Counted from the first letter of the whole stretch, positions 9,977-21,436 are shown. The stretch is DNA of 61,217 nucleotides, filler included, from 6 parts of 6 records of this genome joined end to end with filler, not necessarily neighbours in it, one strand, 5' to 3'. Program-made: numbers and translations. The notes: a model not told the origin generated them from the sequence alone.

Positions 9977-11443
9977 TCAAACCTTCTCCGCGACGGTAAC
10001 CGCGGGAGCGGAACTCCCCGGCAGCGGTTGCCTGAACTCCAGCACCAGATCCGCTCCTTCCTGGCGCAGCGAAACCGGGCTCCCATCCGAAAGGAGTTTT
10101 CCCTCACCCGCGAGCGAGACATCGCGTAGCCGCAGCGTGCTGCCCGAAGGTTTTCCGAGAGGGATAATGTGAACGTTGCTTCCCGCGCGGGTGAAGCGGA
10201 CCGGCATGCCGTCATCCGTTACTGCATCCGAGGAGTCGGCACCGTCGCGCCGCCAGGCTTGCGTGCCATAGACTGCCGATCCATTCACAGAGAGCCAGTC
10301 ACCGAACACCTTGAGACGAGAGAGTTGCTCGTCCGGTATGCGCGCGTCGGTCGCGCGCGGTCCGACATTGAGGAGCAGATTTCCGCCCTTCGACACGCCG
10401 TCGATGAAGTCGGACAGCAGCGTTTCGGCGGGTGAATAGTCTTCTTCGGTGTCGTTGCGGTTAAAGCCGAAGGAATGGCTCATGCCGCGCGTCGCTTCCC
10501 ATTTCTTCTTCTGTATCTTTGGGAAGCGCGCATACTCCGGCGTACGGAAATCGCTATGCGGAATGGGCTGCGGAATAACGCCGCTTACCGCATCCGGATG
10601 CTTCTTGATGTGGCGCTGGGCGAGGTAGTCGAAGACACGCCGCGGAAGCTTGTGCCGCATCAGCTTCGAAAAGAGCCGCTCGTGAACCCAGCGATCGTTG
10701 ACTACGCCTTCAGGCACAGTGTTGTAGTAGTCCGCGAAAAGGGTCAGCAGTTCGTCGAAACCGGTCGGCCATGAAATATCGTTCCAGAGAACGCTCGGTT
10801 CATAGCGCTCGATCAATTCGCGCGTTTGGGCCATCGCATAGGCCGGGTAATCGCCGCCCGGCATGGAGCCGATGAAATCGCCGAGCGTCTTCAACGGTTC
10901 CCGATTAAAGGTCCAATCGATGCCGCCCGAATAATAGACACCAAAACGCAGCCCTTGCGCTCGCACCGCGCGGGCCAGCTCACCGACAATGTCGCGCTCG
11001 CTCGTCCAGTTCTTTTCGTGAGGATTATTGACCGCGCTTGGCCACAGGCAGTAGCCGTCGTGATGCTTGGTGACGAGCACAACATATTTTGCGCCCGAAT
11101 TGCGGAAAGCTTCCGCCCATTCGTCCGGGTCCCACTGCTTCAGTCCTTCCTCGAAAGGCGCCTTGAAATCCGTGTAGGGCCGATTGCCGAATTCCTTTGC
11201 ATGGAACTCGGCCGAGGGCGTGCCCGGAACCTTGATCGCATTGCCATACCACTCGGTATAGGGTGTCATCGCGACGCCGCGATGATACTCCTTCTTGAAG
11301 GCGTCCGAAATATTGCCGAGATGCGGCGCAAAGCCGGGGATCGCCCAGACGCCCCAATGAATGAAAATGCCGAACTTCGCATCGTCATACCATTGCGGCA
11401 GCGGCCGCGCGTTCAGCGATTCAAGATTACCTTCATATGGCAT
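9977..11443 (-). CDS. alpha-L-fucosidase (GH29)
   Basis: WYDDAKFGIFIHWG, VTKHHDGYCLWPS, GVYYS, LWND nucleophile, VVNDRW, SKGGNLLLNVGP; no signal peptide. Confidence 0.93.
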   Translation of the reverse strand: MPYEGNLESLNARPLPQWYDDAKFGIFIHWGVWAIPGFAPHLGNISDAFKKEYHRGVAMTPYTEWYGNAIKVPGTPSAEFHAKEFGNRPYTDFKAPFEEGLKQWDPDEWAEAFRNSGAKYVVLVTKHHDGYCLWPSAVNNPHEKNWTSERDIVGELARAVRAQGLRFGVYYSGGIDWTFNREPLKTLGDFIGSMPGGDYPAYAMAQTRELIERYEPSVLWNDISWPTGFDELLTLFADYYNTVPEGVVNDRWVHERLFSKLMRHKLPRRVFDYLAQRHIKKHPDAVSGVIPQPIPHSDFRTPEYARFPKIQKKKWEATRGMSHSFGFNRNDTEEDYSPAETLLSDFIDGVSKGGNLLLNVGPRATDARIPDEQLSRLKVFGDWLSVNGSAVYGTQAWRRDGADSSDAVTDDGMPVRFTRAGSNVHIIPLGKPSGSTLRLRDVSLAGEGKLLSDGSPVSLRQEGADLVLEFRQPLPGSSAPAVTVAEKV

Positions 11444-11790
11444 AGCGTTTCCCGATTCCCGTTTCTTCACCGCTTTCGGCTACGGTCTTTTGCTTTTGCT
11501 CACCCAGCCCGCCGATACCGAGGCGCATGTTTTGGCCGGCGCGGAGATAGACAGGCTCCGGCTTCATGCCGAGGCCAACGCCGGGCGGAGTGCCGGTCGA
11601 AATGATGTCGCCTGGTTGCAGGCTCATGAACTGCGAGATGTAACTGACGATTTCTGCCACGCCGAAGATCATGGTGCGCGTGTTGCCGTTCTGGCGGCGC
11701 TCGCCATCGACCTCAAGCCAGATGTCGAGCTCCTGCGGGTCCGCCACCTCGTCGCCCGTGACCAGCCATGGGCCGATCGGGCCGAAGGTG
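11433..11790 (-). CDS. fumarylacetoacetate hydrolase family protein, 5'-truncated
   Basis: QNGNTRTMIF...SLQPGDIISTGTPPGVG motif. Confidence 0.9.
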
Positions 11791-11890
11791 NNNNNNNNNN
11801 NNNNNNNNNNNNNNNNNNNNNNNNNNNNNNNNNNTTAATTAATTAANNNNNNNNNNNNNNNNNNNNNNNNNNNNNNNNNNNNNNNNNNNN
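11791..11890. other. artificial contig spacer
   Basis: N44-TTAATTAATTAA-N44; stops in all six frames. Confidence 0.99.
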
Positions 11891-14800
11891 GACCGCATCA
11901 AACGGCAGGTCGACCGGCGCTTTTGCCATCTGTGACAGATCTTTGATCAAACGCGATAACGGATAATCCTGGATATCGAGCATCGATAGTATTTCGCGGG
12001 CGACAGTGCTGACCAAGACGTCAAAGCCTGCCTGCAGGTCGACCTTGATCGCAATTGGCAAAACGTTGGCAAAGCAACCGATGATTTGTTGGTTCTCGCG
12101 ACCATGTCGCCCGGAAAACGGTTGCCCGAGAACCGCGACGCCATGTTCCTTGTGGCGTGCAATCACAGCCAGAATGAGTGCGTTCCAGATGGCGGTCGGC
12201 GTGGCGGTTTTAATATGGCGCGATAGCGTCGTAAAGGCGTCAACCTGCTGGCTGCTCAGTTTCTTAAACAGGCGTGTGGAACGACCAGGATGTGTCGCAT
12301 CTGATCCGGCAGGCAATGGTGTTGCTAGCAGCAATTCACTGCGTTCTTTCCAGAAATCTTTTCCTGTTTTCCCACGGTTGCCAGCCAAATCCTCATGCCC
12401 GCGCCTTGCAATGGATTGTGCCGTTTCGGGACGAGGGTTTTCGATACCGTTTAGGGCGTCGAGAAACGCAAGTTCGAGGGTGGGGGCGGATTGTCCGTCA
12501 AAGCAAATGTGATCAATGGCAAGTGCAAGGATCGGCGGACGGGAGCTATTTTGCGCAACATAGCCAACTCGGGCCAGCGGACCGTTTCGCAAATCAAACA
12601 GGCCAATTCGGATGTCTTCAACGCGATCAAGTTCTCTAACCGGGACCGGCATAGTGGCGTGAACGCGATGCTGCAGCTGACCTTGGTGCTCGTCAAATGT
12701 GGAACGCAGGGCGTCATGGCGCTCTATGACCTGTTCAATGGCGCGTTTGGCATCTTTAAAATCGGTGTTTTGAGGCAATCGGAAGCTGACAATAATATGA
12801 TGGCTGTTGTCTGCTGGCTGATCGCGACGGGCCAGCCATTGCCCCTCGACTGCAGGATGGGCCGGAAACGCAGAGACGATGGGACCGGGTTTTAGATCTT
12901 CCTCGTCATTTGAGGTTTGTGCCGGTTGCTGTTGCGGTTCTGCGGAGCCGGTTGTTTCAGAGCTAAACGCAAGCTGTGCGCCATGTGCCCACATGGTTGC
13001 CAGGCCATGGGCGAGTGCATCCTGTCCCCGAAGCATTTTTCCTGCTGTGCTTTCGGGCGGGGAGGCAGATTGCAGGGCAATGCAGTGTTCTGCCTTGACC
13101 CCGTTCACCGCTGCCAGACGGGTTGCCGTCTGGCCCGGACCGCATTCAATAAACAGACCTGTGGGGGCGGATGACAACAGGCTATGAATATTGTCGGCAA
13201 ACCGGACACCATGACGCAAATGGCGCACCCAATAATCCGGGTTTGTCGCGTCTTCATCGGTCAGCCATTTTCCGGTCAAGTTCGACTGGATCGGGATGTT
13301 TGGTGTGTGCAGGCTAATTGTGGAAACTTCATCACGGAATGCCGCAAGGATGGGGTCCATCAGATCAGAATGGAAGGCGCGTGAGACCACCAGACGCCTG
13401 CCAGATTTACCTGTCGCTTTCAGATGATTTTCAAGGCGATCAATAGACGCGATATCACCTGCAACCACATGCTGGCGCGGTCCGTTTTTCGCCGCCAAGG
13501 ACAGCTTGGAGCCAAAATGCGTCAGAATATCGGTAACGTCGTCTTCGGGCATGGAAAGGGCGTACATCGCACCGGGGGCGGTTTGGCGCATGAGTTTGCC
13601 GCGCATCACAACAAGGCGCAGGGCATCTTCAAAGGACATGACGCCTGCGATGCAAGCCGCAACATATTCACCGATACTATGTCCAGCCAAACCTGATGGC
13701 GTGACGCCATACCGCATCAACCAGGTCGCAAGTGTATACTCAAAGATAAACAAAGCCGGTTGGGCATAGTCGGTGTTGGCAAGTTGTTCTGTTTCGCCAG
13801 GCGTGGGGGCGGTCGATAAAAGCAAATCCCGCAGGTCAATCGGGCCGGAAAAGCCAATAACTTCTTTACAGGCGCGATTGATCAGTTCGGCGGATCCCGG
13901 GTCCGCATCAAACAGAGCACGGGCCATCCCCGGGCGTTGAGACCCTTGGCCGGGAAATAGCAAGAAGGTTTCGATTGGATCGCCCGAAAGGCTTGCGTCG
14001 ATGCGCATTGGCGAATGGCTGGACGTGAGTGCGTCAATGGCTGATGCTGTATCGTGTGCGAGGATCACGGCACGTTCTGAATGAGGTTCGGCTACTGCCA
14101 GTTCCGTCGCCAGAAGGGTGAGCTGGTTAGCTGAGCCATCATAGCTTAGTTGCGCGGAAGCATGTGCGGTAATTGCGTCGAGTTCGCTACGGGTCGGGGC
14201 GCTGAACTGCAATATGTGAAGGCCATTTTGCCAGATAACCGGGATTTCTTTTGGTAAAGATCGAACGGGGGCACTTGTTTCTTCTGACAAGGGGGTGTTG
14301 GTGATTGTGTTTTCACGCACCGTCTTGAAATTGGGGCAGGTTTCGCAGATACGGTCAGCAAGGGCATTGATTGATGCACACTCGGCAATCTCAAGCAGGG
14401 ACATATCAATCCCGAAGAGTTCCGAAAACTCGTACTGCACTCGGGGCAGTAGCAGTGAATGAGAACCCGCTTCGATCAGATTTTCATCCGGCCCGATATC
14501 GTCATTTTCAAGCAACACGGCCCAGATACGGGTGATGTCAGCGACGATCTGTTGTCTATCCTGAACGATCGGCTCAGGAGTGCCTTGGTGCGTCCCGACA
14601 ACGGTGTTTGTGTCTGGGGCGCCGTCGATACCTTGACCGTGGTTAGCCGAGGTCACCTTAACATTGGGAAAGGTATCGCAGATATGACGTGTGAGACCAT
14701 TTATGGTTGGGTGTTCAAAAATCTCAAGCAGGGAAAGATCATGACCTACAAGTCGCGACAGCGCATATTGCGCGCGGGGCAGCAGCAGCGAATGGGCGCC

Positions 14801-16309
14801 AGCTTCAATCAGGTTGTCATCTGGCCCAATATCGTCATTCTGGATCAACCCGGTCCAGATGCGGGTGATATCTGTTGCAAGTTGCTTTTCATTTTCTGAT
14901 GCGAGAACCGGGACGTCATGCGAACTGGCGGACAGTTTTTCGCTATGTGACGTGTTGTTGTTCAGACCGAGGCTTTCTTGGTCAATCGTCACAAGATTGC
15001 CAAGGGCCTCGATATCCTGATCGGGATTGGCCAAAACTGCTTTAAGAAGCAGTTCAAACTGATCTGCAATTTGTCTGACGGCAGGCTCATCAATGCGATT
15101 GGCGTCAAATTGCCAGATCAGTTCTGCTCTTGATTGCGTGGGGGATATTGCTTCACTGAAAAATGCCAGACTAAGGTCGTTGGCCGGGCCAACCTGAATG
15201 TTGATGCGTCGGGTTAAAAGGCCGGAAAATGCAATCGGTGTTGCAGAATCAAGACTGTTGAAATTAGCACCTGACGCCGAAAGGCTTTTTGCGCCAATAC
15301 TGGCCATCCGTAAACGCAGCGGGGTTATGCGGGCATGGCGCACGTCTCGGCGGGATGTGGCAAAGATATTTTTGCCCAGTTCCGATATACTTTTGTGTTT
15401 ACTTAAATTTGTATCGTAGGGGGCGACGCATGTGAATGTGCCGGGTGTGTTTCGCTCAGCCTTACCAAGCCGATTGAGCATCGGCATATTCCAGACTGGA
15501 TGATTTTGATGTGTAATCCGGCCGAGCAGGATGGCAAAAAGGCTCGTTGTCATCGCGGTTGCTGACATGCCACATGCGCGTGATACGCTTTGTAAAGACT
15601 TTAGCGTCGCGTCATCAAGTGTGTCGGTAAATTGTGCGCTTTTCTGTGCCTCTCCAACCGGGTAGGCCGAAAACGTGGATGGTGGCCTGTCGGGTGTAAG
15701 GCGTTCGCGCCAATAGACCAGATCATTTTGATATGCAGGCCTATCAGAATAGGAAGCGTCGGCTTCAACAAACGCGCGGTAGGAATGGAATGGGCATTCG
15801 GGAATGTCGCTCTTTGCGCTTAGCGCGTTATAGATCGATGCTGTCCGTTCGGCGATCAAGTGACCCGCGTATCCATCACACACAAGATGGTGATAAACAC
15901 GGACCCACCAGAAAAGGTCGTCGCCTAGCTGCAGGACCTGATGACGACAGTTCTCGCCAACCTCAAATGCAAGAGGGCGGGTCTGAAGGGCTTTGGCTTC
16001 GCGGAAGGCAGCGGCCTTTGGATCGTCCTCAGAGCGCAGATCAATGACACCAAAGTTTGTTGGTCGGCATTCATCAACAAAGAACTGAGTGACCTCGCCT
16101 TGATGACTTGAAAAATGCAGGCGCAGAGCATCATTTTCCCCGTCACACTGGACAATGGCCCGGTGCAAAAGGTCTATATCGAGTTTTCCAGCGAACTCAA
16201 TAACATTGCAGATATTATATTGTACGGGATCACGGCCTTTGGCCAGATCCAGCCAAATAGCTGCTTGTGGCGATGTAAGAGGATAATGGTCCTTATCCTT
16301 CCCAGCCAT
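11891..16309 (-). CDS. hybrid NRPS/PKS protein (C-T-T-AT-C...), 3'-truncated
   Basis: C domain (YPLTSPQAAIW, HHLVCDG); two carrier domains (GAHSLL, GSHSLL); acyltransferase (LFPGQGSQ, GHSIGE, RAFHS); second C domain (DHICFDG). Confidence 0.88.
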
Positions 16310-16743
16310 AATATTTGCTTGTTCTTTTTGCAACGTCTGGCCCTTCAAACGTTGGTGCTGAAATCAAAATGCTCGCTCAAGAAACGTGTCTTTGGGTGTT
16401 TTTTTTTGCGTTGAACTTTTTGATTTCCCCCGAAACCTTGAGGTTGGAATATGACGTTGTTTAAGCATGGTTTTCAAGTGGTACATGAAAAAAAACTGTT
16501 AAAGTTTAATGGTGTTATGCAATTTTTGGTTGGGCGGTAATTTCGCCGAAAGGAAGGGACCTTCTGCGCGCCGGATTTATGTTTGTTCTGAGTGATTTCG
16601 CATCTGAGCGATAACCGATCACTCTAAATTCAAGGTTGATCGAATTTCGCTCCTTATAACGCAATTTTTCCCGGTTTCCCGTGTTGTTTTCTTGGCATGT
16701 TAATTGCCCATCCTTGAGTCCTTATCAACTTAGGGAGGAAACA

Positions 16744-17688
16744 ATGCAGAAATCAAAAATCCTGATCGCAGCGTCGGTTATTCTGGGCATAGCCTGTGCC
16801 AATGCTGTTCATGCCGAAGACCGGTTTGCCTCAAAATTTGGTCCGAATGACCAGATCGGGGCGGCTAATAATCTGAGTGCAGAAACAACCTTGGCGGCGA
16901 TCAAGCTGATCTCAACGGGAAAGGTCTATTCACTGGGGATGGAAATATCGCGCGAAACACCGGCCTTTGCACCGCGTGGTGTTGCGGTAACAGTATTCTC
17001 GCCCAGTCAAAGCGGGAATAAAACCATCGGCAGCAATTCCGGAACATATAACGATGATATGTTCACCGGCTGGCTGGGCGTTGGGACCCAGATTGATGGT
17101 CTTGGTCATCTTGGCGATCATCACACCTATTATAACAACAACCATGCCGAGGATTTTGTCATGGCCACCGGCCTGACCAAGCTTGGCATTGAAAATGTGC
17201 CGCCGATTGCGACGCGGGGGGTGTTGCTTGATATCGCAGCGATCAAGGGAACAGATCGCCTTGACGGTGGGTATGTGATTACCCTTGATGATCTGATGAA
17301 GGCGCAAAAAGCGGCTGGAACGGAAATCCGCAAAGGCGATGTGGTCCTGATCCATACCGGGTGGCTTGATCTGGTGGGCAAGGATGATGGGCTTTATGGC
17401 CGTACCGAACCGGGTCTTGGGCTTGCCGCCGCGTCCTGGCTGGCTGATCAGGGTGTCGTCGCCGTTGGGGCCGATACATGGGGGCTTGAAGCCGTCCCGC
17501 ATGAAGACCCGGACGCGTTTTTCCCGGTTCACGTCAAACTTCTGGCCGAAAACGGGGTTTATATCCTTGAAAACATTGTCACTCGCGACCTTGCTGCGGA
17601 TCGTGCGCATGAGTTCCTGTTTGTACTGGGTCAGGCCAAGCTTAAAGGTGCGGTACAGATGATCATTAATCCGGTGGCTGTCCGTTGA
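16744..17688 (+). CDS. secreted cyclase / kynurenine formamidase-like metal hydrolase
   Basis: Signal peptide; GTQIDGLGH, RGVLLD, GDVVLIHTGW, GADTW and GVYILEN motifs; GGAGG RBS. Confidence 0.88.
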   Translation: MQKSKILIAASVILGIACANAVHAEDRFASKFGPNDQIGAANNLSAETTLAAIKLISTGKVYSLGMEISRETPAFAPRGVAVTVFSPSQSGNKTIGSNSGTYNDDMFTGWLGVGTQIDGLGHLGDHHTYYNNNHAEDFVMATGLTKLGIENVPPIATRGVLLDIAAIKGTDRLDGGYVITLDDLMKAQKAAGTEIRKGDVVLIHTGWLDLVGKDDGLYGRTEPGLGLAAASWLADQGVVAVGADTWGLEAVPHEDPDAFFPVHVKLLAENGVYILENIVTRDLAADRAHEFLFVLGQAKLKGAVQMIINPVAVR

Positions 17689-17717
17689 ACTGACAATCGG
17701 CTTTGATGTTAAACATA

Positions 17718-17750
17718 GAAACCGGCGGTCCATCAGGATCGCCGGCTTCT
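17718..17750. terminator. hairpin between convergent genes
   Basis: AGAAACCGGCGGTCC-ATCA-GGATCGCCGGCTTCT. Confidence 0.55.
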
Positions 17751-17761
17751 GTCAGCTTGCG

Positions 17762-18311
17762 TTAAGTCAGGTACTTGTTGAACCAGTCGATGGTGCGTTG
17801 CCATGCCAGTTCGGCCGCGTCTTTATCGTAGCGCGGGGTGGTATCGTTGTGGAACCCGTGATTGGCACCGGGATAAATGTGGGCCTCATAGACCTTATCA
17901 TTGGCTTTGAGCGCCGCTTCATAGTCGGGCCAACCGGCATTGATGCGTTCATCAAGCTCGCCGTATTGCAGCAATATTGGGGACTGAATGCGTGGCACGT
18001 CTGCGGCGTCTGCCTGACGGCCATAAAACGGTACAGCAGCCCCCAGTTCCGGGTAGGCCACCGCCGCGGCGTTGGCAACGCCCCCACCATAGCAAAAGCC
18101 GGTAATACCGATTTTGTCAGTGGTGGCATCATGGGCGGTAAGGAATTCAATGGCGGCGAAAAAGTCATTCATCAGCTTGGTCGGGTCGACTTCGCGTTGC
18201 AGTTCACGGCCTTTGTCATCATTGCCGGGATAGCCGCCGACCGATGTCAGGCCATCGGGTGCAAGGGCGATGAAACCCGCCTTGGCAACGCGGCGCGCGA
18301 CGTCTTCGATA
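17762..18311 (-). CDS. dienelactone hydrolase family (YghX-like), 5'-truncated
   Basis: GFCYGG nucleophile motif; [12 protein letters not shown]. Confidence 0.9.
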
Positions 18312-18411
18312 NNNNNNNNNNNNNNNNNNNNNNNNNNNNNNNNNNNNNNNNNNNNTTAATTAATTAANNNNNNNNNNNNNNNNNNNNNNNNNNNNNNNNN
18401 NNNNNNNNNNN
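18312..18411. other. artificial contig spacer
   Basis: N44-TTAATTAATTAA-N44. Confidence 0.99.
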
Positions 18412-18646
18412 TCTGGAGCGCCATTTCAATGTGATGGTGCCGCAGGACGCGCCGCACTACGAGCACACCCTGGAAGGGCCGGACGACATGCCCGCGCACA
18501 TCAAGAGCGTGCTGATCGGGCCGTCCCTGTCATTGCCGCTCCATGATGGGACCCTGGCCCTGGGAACCTGGCAGGGGATTTATCTGTGCGAGCACCGTGA
18601 TCACGGCGGCGCGCGCAGAATAGTGGCGACCTTGCAGGGCGAGTAG
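18412..18646 (+). CDS. yjbQ: YjbQ/UPF0047 family protein, 5'-truncated
   Basis: [15 protein letters not shown]...[13 protein letters not shown]. Confidence 0.9.
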
Positions 18647-18668
18647 CCCGCGTTGGTTTGGGGGTGGA

Positions 18669-19574
18669 TTAGCCGGAGGCCCCGAAGGAGCGGACCAGGG
18701 CCCGCACCGGTGGCGAGGGATCGCGCGTGGCCAGTACCAGTTCGAAAGCGGCTCCGGGGGCCGGCAGTGGGTGGTAGCGGATCCAGTCTTCGCGAAAGCC
18801 CTTCATGCTTTCGGGCACGATGGCGACGCCAACGCCGACGGCCACCAGGGACAGCACGGCGTGCATGCCGTGTGCTTCCTGCGCGACCCTGGGAACGAAA
18901 CCGGCATCGGCGCAGAGACGCACGACTCGAAGATAAAAGCCGCTTCCCTCAACGCTGGGCCAGAGTACGAACGGCTCGTCCGCCAATTCGGCGAGGGCGA
19001 GGGCGAGGGCGGAGTGCCCGCTCAGCGGGTGGTCCCGTGAAAGGGCCAGGCACAGACGGTCGTGGTCAAATGGAGTGACAGCAATATCCTGGGCGTTGGT
19101 CAGAGGTGGAATGAGAACGCCCGCGTCCAGCTCTCCGTCTCGCAGCGCGGCGATCTGAGCGGCGGTGGTCGCTTCGCGTAATTCCAGGCGCACCTTTGGA
19201 TAAGTCGAACGAAACTGGCGAATGACCGTCGGCAACCGTCCATAGAGCGCACTCCCGACATAGCCGAGGCGCACCACTCCGGTGCGGCCGGCCGCCACAT
19301 CCCGTGTGGCGGTGACCGCTTGTTCCGCCTGGCGCAATGTCTCACGTGCCTGTTCAAGAAAAGTCCGGCCGGCGTCGGTCAAACCAAGCACGCGTTTGTC
19401 CCGTTTGATCAGGATGACGCCGAGTTCGTCTTCCAGCTTTCTGATGGCGTGGGTGAGGGGAGGCTGCGACATGTTCAGCCGCGCCGCCGCCCGGTGAAAG
19501 TGCAGCTCTTCCGCCACCACGACAAACTGTTCAAGCGTGCGCAGGCTGATGCGAGGGGGATCGGTAGTGGTGAT
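18669..19574 (-). CDS. LysR-type transcriptional regulator
   Basis: LRTLEQFVVVAEELHFHRAAARLNMSQPPLT HTH; start uncertain (ATC at 19574 behind GGAGG; first canonical start is GTG 19520). Confidence 0.9.
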   Translation of the reverse strand: MTTTDPPRISLRTLEQFVVVAEELHFHRAAARLNMSQPPLTHAIRKLEDELGVILIKRDKRVLGLTDAGRTFLEQARETLRQAEQAVTATRDVAAGRTGVVRLGYVGSALYGRLPTVIRQFRSTYPKVRLELREATTAAQIAALRDGELDAGVLIPPLTNAQDIAVTPFDHDRLCLALSRDHPLSGHSALALALAELADEPFVLWPSVEGSGFYLRVVRLCADAGFVPRVAQEAHGMHAVLSLVAVGVGVAIVPESMKGFREDWIRYHPLPAPGAAFELVLATRDPSPPVRALVRSFGASG

Positions 19575-19703
19575 GGTTCACCTCCGGAGGGCTCTTCGCT
19601 TGATACTTTCAATATATTAACAGGCTACTTTAATGGTATTGGATATATCAAACAGCGACTCCTAAGCTCCTTGAGAATCCTCAAGAGGCTGTGGGAGTAA
19701 GCA

Positions 19704-20573
19704 ATGACGGACTTTGACGGGCAAGTCGTGCTCATCACCGGAGCCGGGCGCGGTCTTGGGTTGGCCTACGCTCGATGCATCGCCGAGCAGGGCGCGAAGG
19801 TTCTGATCCAGGATTCCGGTGCGGACACTGGTGGCCATGGACGGGACCTGAAGGTGGGGGAGCACGTGGCGGCAAAACTGCGTTCGCAAGGGCTGGATGT
19901 CCATGCCCTACCGGGGACCATCGATACCCGGCAGGCGTGCATTGAACTGCTGCACAGGGCTTTGGCCGTCGGAGGAGGACGTCTGGACGCCCTGATCCAC
20001 AATGCGGGATGGGTCGCCTACGAAAAGATCGAGGTGCTGGAAGAAGAGTCCTTTGATCGGATGATGGTGGTTACCGCCAAGGCTTCCCTGTGGCTTGCTC
20101 AGGCTGTCTGGCCCGCGATGAAGGCGGCGGGGTACGGCCGTATCGTCCTGACCACCTCCTGCAGGGCACTCTATCCCCAGTATGTTCAGGAAGGGCTGGC
20201 GTCCTACGCTGCCGCGAAAATGGCCGTGGTCGGCATCATGAACGTGCTGGCGTCCGAAGGCCGGCGACACGGCATCGTCGTCAATGCGGTGTCGCCGGTG
20301 GCGAAAACCCGCATGTGGGGGATCGAGGATGAACCGGACGAATTGCTTCCCGCCGAGGTCGCACCCGGCGTGGCGTTCCTGGCGTCCCGAAACTGCACGG
20401 AAGGCGGCTGGGTATTGCGCGCCGCGAACGGTCAGTTTCATGCCACCAGGGCGATGGAAGCCGCGGGTGTGGATTACCCTCGCGATTTGCGCGCGGTCCG
20501 GGCTGCAACCACCGACGAAGTCGCCGCGTGCTGGTCGCGCATTGCCGTGGGCAACGAGGAACCTCGTTCGTGA
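19704..20573 (+). CDS. short-chain dehydrogenase/reductase
   Basis: TGAGRGLG, HNAG and YAAAK motifs; divergent from LysR. Confidence 0.92.
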   Translation: MTDFDGQVVLITGAGRGLGLAYARCIAEQGAKVLIQDSGADTGGHGRDLKVGEHVAAKLRSQGLDVHALPGTIDTRQACIELLHRALAVGGGRLDALIHNAGWVAYEKIEVLEEESFDRMMVVTAKASLWLAQAVWPAMKAAGYGRIVLTTSCRALYPQYVQEGLASYAAAKMAVVGIMNVLASEGRRHGIVVNAVSPVAKTRMWGIEDEPDELLPAEVAPGVAFLASRNCTEGGWVLRAANGQFHATRAMEAAGVDYPRDLRAVRAATTDEVAACWSRIAVGNEEPRS

Positions 20574-21436
20574 GCGCCGTATCGGTGGCGTTTCCGGGGC
20601 AGGCAATGCTGGGCGAGAGCCCGGTCTGGAGCCGCTTCGGCGACGGCCTGCTGTGGGTGGATACGATGGCTGCCTCCCTCAACAGGTACTGTCCGGCGAC
20701 CGGCGAGAACGTCCGACAACCGATGCCTGGCCCACTGGGTTTCGTCACCGAGAATCAGGCTGGCGAACTGATTATCGGGATTGGCTGTGATGTGGCAACG
20801 GTGGATAAATCCGGCGTGGTGCGGCGAGTCGCCACGGCGCCGCACGCGCGGGACGGCTACAGATTGAATGATACCCGTCTGGATCCGGCCGGCCGCCTGT
20901 GGGTTGGCTTGATGGATGAACAACTGAGTGAGGGGAGCGGCTATCTCTATTGCCTGGAGCCGGACCTGCGATGGCGCGTTATGGATTCCGGGTTCACGCT
21001 CATCAATGGCCTCCAGTGGAGCCGTGACGGGCGAACCCTCTATGTGACGGATTCACGGCGAGGCCTCATCCATGCCTACGCTTATGATCCCGATTCGGGG
21101 AGCGTCCGTGATCGCCGGGAATGGCTCCATATTGATGCGAACCTGGGCAAACCGGACGGGCTGACGATCGATCGGGAGGGCTTTCTGCTCAGTGTGCTCT
21201 TCGACGGTGCCGCGATCGCCCGGATCTGTCCGCGCGGTGGCCTGGAGCGCCTGATCTCATTGCCGGTCCCTCGCCCCACCAGTTGCGCGTTTGATGCGGA
21301 TCAGCGGTGGCTGTTCATTACCTCCGCCCGGCTAGGATTGTCCGGGGCCGCGCTGGAAGCGTATCCGGCGTCTGGGGCGCTGCTGCAACTCGACTACGAG
21401 CGGTCACTGTGGGAAAGCACTGAGCGGAATCGTTAA
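20570..21436 (+). CDS. SMP-30/gluconolactonase family protein
   Basis: LGESPVW, RLND, NGLQWS, PDGLTIDREG and PTSCAF motifs; GTGA overlap. Confidence 0.9.
   Translation: MSAVSVAFPGQAMLGESPVWSRFGDGLLWVDTMAASLNRYCPATGENVRQPMPGPLGFVTENQAGELIIGIGCDVATVDKSGVVRRVATAPHARDGYRLNDTRLDPAGRLWVGLMDEQLSEGSGYLYCLEPDLRWRVMDSGFTLINGLQWSRDGRTLYVTDSRRGLIHAYAYDPDSGSVRDRREWLHIDANLGKPDGLTIDREGFLLSVLFDGAAIARICPRGGLERLISLPVPRPTSCAFDADQRWLFITSARLGLSGAALEAYPASGALLQLDYERSLWESTERNR

Noticed and set aside
11835-11846. Recurrent TTAATTAATTAA palindrome (five copies) as a biological repeat
   Set aside because: Always centred in N runs of fixed length; it is an artificial six-frame-stop linker
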